Shown: positions 52,183-64,000 of the stretch, piece after piece | How positions within the stretch are numbered: position 1 is the first letter of the stretch | Layout: every line of letters begins with the position of its first letter | Assembly (NCBI GenBank): GCA_039096225.1 | Contig: JBBPEB010000033.1 | Location: 992,001-1,056,000 of the forward strand | DNA from: Blastocystis sp. Blastoise | Taxonomy: Eukaryota; Protista; Bigyra: Opalinata | DNA length: 64,000 nucleotides | Direction: 5' to 3' | Notes under the pieces: generated by a model | Told to the model about the DNA's origin: nothing | The model's input: the letters and a program-made list of their open reading frames with translations, nothing else | Databases searched by the model: none | Position numbers and translations under genes: made by a program

Positions 52183-53024
52183 GAAAACCTTAAAATTGCA
52201 TTCGTAATCATCATTCAATTCATACGTGAAGAAATGAAAACATTATTGTTATGATTTGCTATTCCAACCTTCCTTTGACTCTCGAATTTCTTTTACGACG
52301 TCATTACTAATTCTAATTTTCAAGCTGAAAGTTATAAGATTCTCTTGGGAATTTTATATTTTCTTTTTTATAGCGATTCACAAGTAGATCCGACTCTTGA
52401 TGATGTCATCAGTTGGAAGAAGAAATTCTTTTTATTTTTCTTCTTTTCATTCTTTTTTCATCAATTGATCACTTTTTTCTCTTTTCCTCTATTTTTATCA
52501 GTGTATCCACTTGGCTTTCATGTATATTTGACACTTTTATCGTTTATAGGGTGATTCTTGTCAATTCTATTTTCCTTTTTGTATTTTTGCAGCATTTTAT
52601 ACAACATTAATAGAATTATTTGAGCTTATTTTAATTGTAATTGCAATTTAAGAAAGATTTTCATAAGTAGAAGTCGAGAAGCTTTTTATTCAGTTTTATA
52701 AAACTGTAATTATTTTGTGATATGTATATTTTTCTATGAATTTGCATGTTTAAGAGACTTTATATAATTTTAAATAGTATTTTTGATAAAAAGTGATTGG
52801 TTTAAAAAAGAATTTGTTGAAAATGATAAAAATGGGATAGTTATACATGAATCATGAAATTCTTGAAATAGAAGATATATAGAGAAATAATATGCCATGA
52901 AGAATTCTTTCATTTTTTAACAAAAAAAGATAGTTTATTGACAATTAATGAAAAAAAATATGAGATTCCATAATATTGGGACAAAAAGAGTTCGTTTCAA
53001 CATATAGATATGACTTTGATATCT

Positions 53025-54939
53025 TCATAATTCTTGAATAAGAGTATCTTTAGGTTTATTTTTATTCATTTGCTCTTGAATTAGATCTTTTTGAATATTA
53101 AATGGATTTTCTTTCTGATTAGTATCATGGGTATTGTCAACAGTCATAGAAAGTCTCTCACGTTTAAATAAATCAACCTATATAATAATAAATATATATT
53201 TATATTTTTTAAATAACAAAAAATATAATATATATATAATAATAACTAAATAAAATAATAAATATAAATAGAATAATGCTAAATACATACTTGACTATCT
53301 AGTTGCCAAAGATCTTCTTGTGATTTTGATTGTATATAACTATAATAGAAGGATATTTTCTTCTGTACTAAAAGAAGCATCTTTTTATCGTTTTTAAGTT
53401 GTATATATTGCTTATATTTATGATATTCTTTGGAGTGTTCTGTTTTACATGAACTTATTTGTATGTTTATATCATCGATTTCAAATTGAATAATTCGATA
53501 TATATCATAAAATATATCTAATACATAATGTTTATATGTTAATACTTGTACTACGTCTGTCAATATACTTATAGTATATATATTTGTATATTCAAATAAT
53601 GAACTTTGCACACATTTCTCAATACAGGGTTGAAGGGCCTATATATTATTATTATTATTATATTTTTTACTATACTTATTATTACACTTTTTATTATCAT
53701 CATTATTTTTATTATTATATTTATTATTATTAAATATTTAAAAAATGAATATATATAATTAACATAACATTAACATACTTCTTCAATTGAATAATAATTG
53801 ATATTATTTGAAAAAGGGTATGCTAATTCCCAAAAGCACGTGAAACATCCATGAATATCATGTGAGTAATCACCATTATATTTCCATAGAGTTAAGCAAT
53901 AGGAATAAAGTATAGAAAGAGTATTATAAAGAACACAAGGACTTATAGTAGAAGGAAGAGAAGGTAACATAGGAATATCAATAGAAGCATTCTCAATACA
54001 AGGAATATAAGATACTAAAAAAATTTATAATAAATTTATAAGTTTATATTCAATATATACTGATAATAATAGAATAACTTTTTTAAGAATGAAATTTATC
54101 TGAAAAAGGAATAGAATTATATTAAAAATTAAATAAGAAAATATATATATATGATAGTTTTTGAATAATAAAACTTATATACAATGATCTATCGATTCAG
54201 TTTTATCATCTTCATCTGTATCTTGATTTATTATTTGAATTAATTTATGATTTCTTCTTAGAACTTCTTTATGATGTATATCTATAGACTCCTTCCACCA
54301 AGGTATCCAAACAGGAATTTCTTCATTTAAAACTCCATTTTTTATATCTTTTTCAAATAATTTTTGTAAGGAGATAGGTAAATCATCTATAGATATCTTA
54401 TCAGATTGAGCTAGATCTATTAAATGAGCTATTGTTTCTTCGTCTATTTCTTCTTCTTCTTCTTCTTCCAGCTCATAAGGCTGGTCCTCTATAAAAATGT
54501 TTAAAAAACATTAAAAAACACTCATATACCTTCATTTTCTGTTGGATTTAAGGAACCGTACATATCATGATTGTTTTCATTTGATTCATAAGACATAGGC
54601 ATCGTATCGAGATCATTGAGATGGCTTAGAATTTCATTCATTTTCTTTATATTCATCTCTTTATCTTCCTTTTGCCTTAAATTCATCTCTTCAAAGACTT
54701 GGCTATTATAGAAATTCTCTGTACAAGTATCACCATGCTTCTAAAAATAATAAAAACATTTTTAGTTCTTATTTGCAGTAATTCATGTTGAGTATACCTT
54801 ATAGCATTCCAATGAACAGTAATCTGCATTGCATTTTGGACAAATATATAACGCTTGTTTCTGATGACAACTAAATGAATCAATTTTTATATATTATATA
54901 TATATACACTTTACACAAGACGTTGTTCTTCGTATTCAT
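53025..54939 (-). CDS. Zinc finger HIT domain protein, ZNHIT2-like
   Basis: Spliced N-terminus MNTKNNVLCKVCHQKQALYICPKCNADYCSLECYK-KHGDTCTENFY (zf-HIT plus a C-x-E-x-FY extension). Later WIPWW and C-terminal LIQEL*, with TGA at 53025-53027. Confidence 0.8.
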
Positions 54940-55610
54940 TGATGAAAGGATAATTAGATGTGATAAAAATGAAAAAAATTGAAATTGTAATTTTTCAATT
55001 TTTTTTTAAAGAATTATTTATTTTTTAATTTTATGTTATTAAAAACTTTTTATTTATTCAAAATTATTTTTTGTGTGTTCCTATCAACGAAATATATTAT
55101 ATAATACTTTTTTCATGTTTTGAAAACTGATCGATAAATGAGTTGTTTCATTATGAACGATTTTTCAGTATTTGATAGCATTAACGTGTTATTATTTAAA
55201 CAGTGAATAGTTCTCTAATTATATTCATGTGCAATTTCTAAAAATAAGTCAAAAATATTTGTAATCTCTTTATTTCTTATCAAATATCCGATTATATTAT
55301 ATGTTCTATTAAAATATTAGTTTTTTAAAATTATTTATTTATCATTTTATATGAATAGCATCATATACAGTAAAATATAAGAAAAAAAAAGTTATAAATA
55401 ATTGAAAACATAAAAATAGAGTTTATAAAAAAATTATAATTAAAAATCAAGAATGAATGATAAATAAATAAAATGAGTATAATAGTAATGAATAGAAACT
55501 GAAGATTAAAAAGATGGAATATAAAACATGCCCCAAAAATAAAAGAATATGAAATATTCAAATTATAGTTATAAATAATAATTCAATATATATATAGAAT
55601 ATAAAGAAGA

Positions 55611-58037
<2,427 letters not shown>

Positions 58038-58668
58038 TATCAACAAATCTAGAAAAATGAAACAATAATGTCTAGTTGGAAAATCATCAATAATTTTTGT
58101 AACTGTCTTTGTTTGTAATTATTGGATTCTTAAAAACAGTTTCTGTAGTTTTTTAAAACAGAATATGTATGTAGATTGTCAAAACAACGAATTCACATTA
58201 TTTATAACACGTAATTGACTATCATCTTTTTGGAATTATCAAAACATGAATGCCAGTGATCATCACATATTGATTTGAATATATATTCTATTTTAATATT
58301 GCTTAAAACGTCTAATTGATCACATTAATAATTGACAATAGTATCGAACACTTGTATTCTTCATTAATTGAGACTCTCAACAACTGTATAAACTTATCCA
58401 AGAATCTATTTCAAAGTGTTGATTCTTTAACAAGCAACAATAACACAACTAAATATATTTATTAAAAACATTTCATTTCTAAGGGGAATTCAAATTATTC
58501 CCATAATTTTTCTTTTTCATAAGAAATAATTTTTTCTTTGGTCTTTGTAACCTTGATTCACAAGTATTAGAAGTATATTTTTATGAATTTAGATTCATCT
58601 ATCTATTTAACATCAATTCAGTTATTCATTTTTTCTTCTTCTCACATTCTACATTTGTATAGATCATT

Positions 58669-59037
58669 ATGTTTGAGAGAATAGGTCAAGGTCTCATGAA
58701 TGTCTTTAAAGGACAAGTAAATATTTAAGAAAATAATTTTTAGAACTATTATTAATTATTTTTTTAGATGAGAGTTAAAAGTATGGGTAAAGCTTTTATA
58801 AAAAGAGAACCGTTATCTTCAAAGAGAGGTAATCGTTTATATTATAAGGGTAATGGAAGTAGAAACGAAGGACGTCACACATCTCATGGCCATTATATTG
58901 TGGATCCTGAAAAGACTATGACACTTCACGTTCCAGATCTTACTGGTTTCAAAGTATATTTATGATTATTTGTTTTGTATATATAATGTATTTAGTTAAA
59001 GCCTTATGTAGCGAATGTGACACCAAAAATAAATTAA
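58669..59037 (+). CDS. MRPL41: Mitochondrial ribosomal protein mL41 (yeast MrpL27)
   Basis: PLSSKRGNRLYYKGNGSRNEGRHTSHGHYIVDPEK....VPDLTGFK-LKPYVA matches the mL41 signature. Three exons. Confidence 0.9.
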
Positions 59038-59197
59038 ATTATTTTTGATATTTCATTATTTATTTTAAATCTAAATATTATTTTTTATTATGATAAGTGT
59101 TTTCTTTTTTATGACAAATGTTTATATTAGACTACACAACATAGAATAACATTTATAAATATATTAAATAAATAAATAAAGAAAAAAAAATACAATT

Positions 59198-60194
59198 TTA
59201 AACTGGTAGTTCCTTTTGAGTTGAATTCGTATCTCTTGAGAATATATCAATGTTTTTCTATATAAAAAAGATATAGAATAACTATATAATTAAGAAAAAA
59301 GTAAATACATTATAAGTTTGTTGATTTGATTCTTCTTTATCAATAGATAAAGACTTATATACTTGTTCTTGATGCTTTTTAATAAATGAATTTGTTAATA
59401 TTTTTATTGAATCATTTATATCTGTCGGAGGTAATTCATGTTGATCAGCAACCTATATATTGAATAATAGTATTATTTATGATTATATAAAATAATAGTA
59501 TTTATGATTATTTAGAATAATAATGTTTATGATTGAATATATAGAATAATAGTGTTTATGATTGAATATATAGAATATTATTATTATATAAGAGTGGAGA
59601 AATAATTATAAATACTATAATAGAGTGAGAAGCTAAATCCGTTTGTGGATTTAATAATTTATATAAATCTGTGAATATATCACTTATTATAAATACCTAA
59701 ATATATATATATAATAGTATTATAAAGATTTATAGTCAATTAAATGACATTCAAATACTATATTACAAATATATATATAATATACATCTAATTTCTTTGC
59801 TAAACAGACTCGTTTCATATTTATATATTCTATATATAAATAATATATATTATTAATAAATATATAATATATATTATTAATAAATATATAATATATATCA
59901 TTAATATAAATATATCTAAGAAATACCTTGATAAGAATAATAGGAAACAGCAAATATTGATAAGGGGACTATTTCAATAGAAATAGCTAAAAACTAAAAA
60001 AAATAATTATTCTTTTAAATAGTATAATAATGACATAAAAATATATACTTTCATATAGACGTAAATATTATAATTTGAAGCAAATATTTGAAAGATAATT
60101 ATTTGTATATATCCCACAAATATAAGCGCATTAAACTATATATAATAATATAATTATTATAAAATTATAACCATTTTTTTTAAATAATTAAAAA

Positions 60195-60238
<44 letters not shown>

Positions 60239-61390
60239 AAAAGTATATTTATACTAATAAATCTTTTTCATTAAGATGAGATAATTTAGAAGCTTGTTTT
60301 AATACTTCATAACAGTTATATAGAGAGAAGAAGGAGATACAAAAAGAGACTATCTGAATACTTTGAGAGATAAACTATAAAAACATATATATATAATAAT
60401 TTTTTATATATAATACATAATGAATAAATATATATAATAAATAAACATATATATATAATAAATATTTATAATATATTATATATACATTAAATATATATAT
60501 AATAAAAATTAAATTATATACATTCCAAAATAGATAGTAATAAGGGAATAATAATGAGAATAAGAATAGAAATCCTCCAGTAATAAATGTAATAGCAATA
60601 AATTGAACAATTCGACCACGTTCAATAGCTAACCATCGATAATCGTGAATATTTGATGAAATTGGGAGAGATGTACTCATGGAAGAAAGGGATTGAGACA
60701 TACGATCCTATATTTATATATATATATATATATAATTAATAATAATAAAAAAAATCATAATAAAATAATAAACATAATAATAATAATAACAATAAACATA
60801 ATAATAAGAATAACTTAATATACATTTTCTCGTAACATTTTGACACAATCTCTATATAATATAAATAATATTATAATAAATAACAATCCTATATATATAC
60901 AATTCACTTCCATAAGAATTCACCATTAAATAATAATATGAATAAAGACCAATACCAACATATATGTTCTTTATATATTCAAATAGCAAATCTACCTATT
61001 TACAAGGAATGATATTACTTATATTAAAGGCAAATTAAAATATACATAAGGATTATAATCAAAAAGAACTAACAATAATAACTGAATGCATAGTATAGGT
61101 ATAACGAGTAATATTCGAATAGTATGTTTCTGTAACAAAGGATTCTTATAATTCTTAAAATGAAAAACTATATTTTCTACACAAATGCAAAATGCACTAT
61201 AAATCGAATGTAATCATAATTATTTTAATTAAACTAATGCTAAGACAGTATATACATTGTAGCTAATACAATACAAGCTAAATCTAAGAGATACATCAAT
61301 CAATTGAACGACAATGAGAATAGAAAACATGTTCTCTTCATATATTTTTCTTTTCCACAAATTATATCCATATCCTTTAAATAGATACAT
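59198..61390 (-). CDS. Divergent TMEM184/OST-alpha family multipass membrane protein
   Basis: Spliced exons give IVFHFKNYKNPLLQKHTIRILLVIPILC (compare HL.NY..P..Q..IIRILLMVPIY), GRIVQFI, SLYNCY and LAISIEIV. Several hydrophobic segments. Start uncertain. Confidence 0.6.
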
Positions 61391-61752
61391 ATCAAAAATG
61401 ATGAAATAAGGTCATACTTAATGAACGAAGAAAAAAAAGTGGATCCAAAGTAGTGATTTATTACATATTAATTATCTATACATGAACTTAAGCATGAATT
61501 GAAAGTCATAGAAATGATACTTGAAAAGGCTGGCAATTTAAATAAAGAAAAACAAAATTTTTTTTTTTAAAACTTGCTTTTATATAAGCTTTTCTAATGA
61601 AAAGATATTGCAATTGCTTTAAAACATCGTATTATTCACCTGAAGGCTTTTTGGAAAATACTTAAACGTTGAATATGCAGAAAATAGTTCATCATGTTCC
61701 AAAGAATCGAAAGGTTTCTTCATCTTCAAAATCTATAAAACAGATATCAGAC

Positions 61753-62820
61753 ATGGTTACATTCATATTTCAAGATGAGGTAAAAGCAAATATTCCTGTC
61801 TCTTTTTTGAAACGATTTTTCCCAATCATTGTTATCCTTAACATATAAAACATCTGAAAGTTTTATAGAAGAGGAGAATGCTTATTATATTGATTTCCCA
61901 TCACTTTCTATTTCCTTATTGATAGATTATATAAACGACAAAATATCCCTTGAATTTCTATATATTAAAGAAATAGTAGAAATGTATAAAGCTTCAATAC
62001 TTTACTTTGGTGATACCTGTTGTTCTTATGAAATTAAATTATATAATTCTATTGAAAAATATTTCAATGAGTTTATTAAACAAGAAAAATGTGAATTGTA
62101 TGATATATATATATGTTTATATATATGTTTATATATATATATGTTTATATAAGTTTATATATATGTTTATATATGTATACTTTTATAAATATATATATAT
62201 ATATATATATGTTTATATAATTTAGAATAGATAACGATAGTAAAGAACAAAGATTATTAGTGAAAAGTATATATATAATATCAATATTAATAATGTATAT
62301 ATATATATATATATATTTAGATCTATTTAACGAAGAAAATAATAAGAAATTTCTAGAATATTCTGGAGTGTTTGATATACTTGATATAAAAGATGTCACT
62401 TTACAATGTATATATCTAAATTTTTACGTATATATATAAATATGTTAACTATATTTAGATGGTTTTTCTGAAGATATTCCTTATGAATATATATATCCCT
62501 CCAATTTACATGCAATATTTCCTAGATTAGAAATATATACTTTAAAATGTATATATATAAGTTAAAATTATTTTTATATGACAATATAATATATATAATA
62601 ATATATTATATATATCTAGTATATTATTATTGTACAAAAAAAGAGATTCGAATAAAACCAACTGATTCACATTATAATGAATTATTTGATGAATATAAAC
62701 TGATTTATAATGGTTATAATGATTCTATTAATCATAATGATTATTATCAATATCAAAAAACAAGAATTAGTTCATGCGATTTAAATCGTTATTCGATTCG
62801 TAAGGCTTCTTTAGATGGTG

Positions 62821-62861
<41 letters not shown>

Positions 62862-63353
62862 GAAAGTAATAAGGTCAATAAATCTATAATAATTGATAAA
62901 CAAGAGTTAAATAAAAATAATGAAGCGAAACCTGATTTATATATAGACTCACTTTCTAGATATTCACGTGAATATAATCAAGAAAAGATGAATCTCTATA
63001 AAGGTTTTTATAGAAATAGTGAAACGACAATCAGTACATGTACATTTACATATATAGATGAAAATGGAGGTATATATAATGAACTATACTACACTATAAT
63101 AATAATATATATATATATTATCTATATATATGGTGATAAATAATAATTAATGTATATTCTATAGTAAGAGATATACAACATCCAATTATGGAGTATGCAT
63201 ATATTAATAATTAATAATAATCAAATAATGAAATCTATTTCTATTAATTTATATATATATATATATATAGTTGTTCTGAACAATTAAGTGAAATTACAGC
63301 ATATCTATTAAGATTACCTATTTGTAAACAATTAAAAAGACTAACAAACTTAC

Positions 63354-63397
<44 letters not shown>

Positions 63398-64000
63398 TAA
63401 TATATTTTATTATTATATTTTCTTATTATTTAGATTATTATAAATTCAAATTACAAGTTGCTACTCCTCCTTTTTTAAAAGCTTTAAATGAAGGTCTATT
63501 TGATTCTATTCAAATATTTAATATACTTGATTGTATATATGATTATTATTTATTTTCTTTTATATATTCATATATATTCTTTTTATTATATATATATTTT
63601 TTATTATATTTATTCATATATATTCTTTCTACATTTTATAATATTTCATATTTATAGTTATTAAACCATATTGTTTTCTTGAATATATACAATTATTTAA
63701 GGATATAATAACAACTCATGTATTTCCAAATGTAACTACACTAGAAATATCGGGTATATTTTTATATTTATATTCTCATTATATATATATACACTATTAT
63801 TATATTATAGATTCCAAATTTCATGAAAACATACAATTTCAATGCGAATTTCTATCATTATTTCATAGAGAACAATTTCCTAATTTACATATATATAATA
63901 TAAAACCTATTACTTCTATTCTATCAAAATATAATCAATACGAAATTTCTTTATTATTTCCTATATCTTTTTTAAATTTAATAAATATAATTGAAATTGG
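61753..64000 (+). CDS. BTB-like family protein, likely paralogue of 17439-23512; truncated by window end; 5' frame break as assembled
   Basis: MVTFIFQDEVKANIPVSFLKRF, then in the +1 frame SQSLLSLTY...YYIDFPSLSISLLIDYIND. The next several exons splice in frame (…YIYPSNLHAIFPRLE…). Confidence 0.6.

Noticed and set aside
52345-52610. Two short hydrophobic ORFs upstream of ACC
   Set aside because: Non-ATG starts, Phe-rich from T-runs, and no splice structure or homology. Probably promoter or UTR DNA.

Overview
AT-rich, intron-dense eukaryotic genomic DNA that uses the standard code and GT-AG spliceosomal introns. I found no prokaryotic, phage, CRISPR or transposase signal. The gene content (BTB/TLDc expansions, a jelly-roll/He_PIG/Cys-repeat surface protein, a bacterial-like sulfatase, mitoribosomal mL41) resembles Blastocystis-like gut stramenopiles; this is inference and unverified. 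I reconstructed about 16 spliced protein genes by hand: an orphan, tafazzin, a PHD-RCC1 fusion, SF3B3, casein kinase 1, four BTB-like proteins (two with TLDc), a large secreted multidomain protein, a membrane-anchored arylsulfatase, acetyl-CoA carboxylase, a ZNHIT2-like protein, a YGR210-type Obg GTPase, mL41 and a TMEM184-like protein. There are also tRNA-Pro(AGG) and tRNA-Leu(AAG) genes. Most ORF-track entries are partial exons or microsatellite artefacts. The most notable patterns are: (1) introns capped at both ends by self-complementary (TA)n (GTATATAT...ATATATAG) with no clear polypyrimidine tract; (2) a GC-rich palindromic motif, T(T)CCCRYGGGA(A), recurring inside exons of unrelated genes through otherwise rare codons; (3) single-base frame breaks near the 5' ends of two BTB genes; (4) unusual domain architectures.
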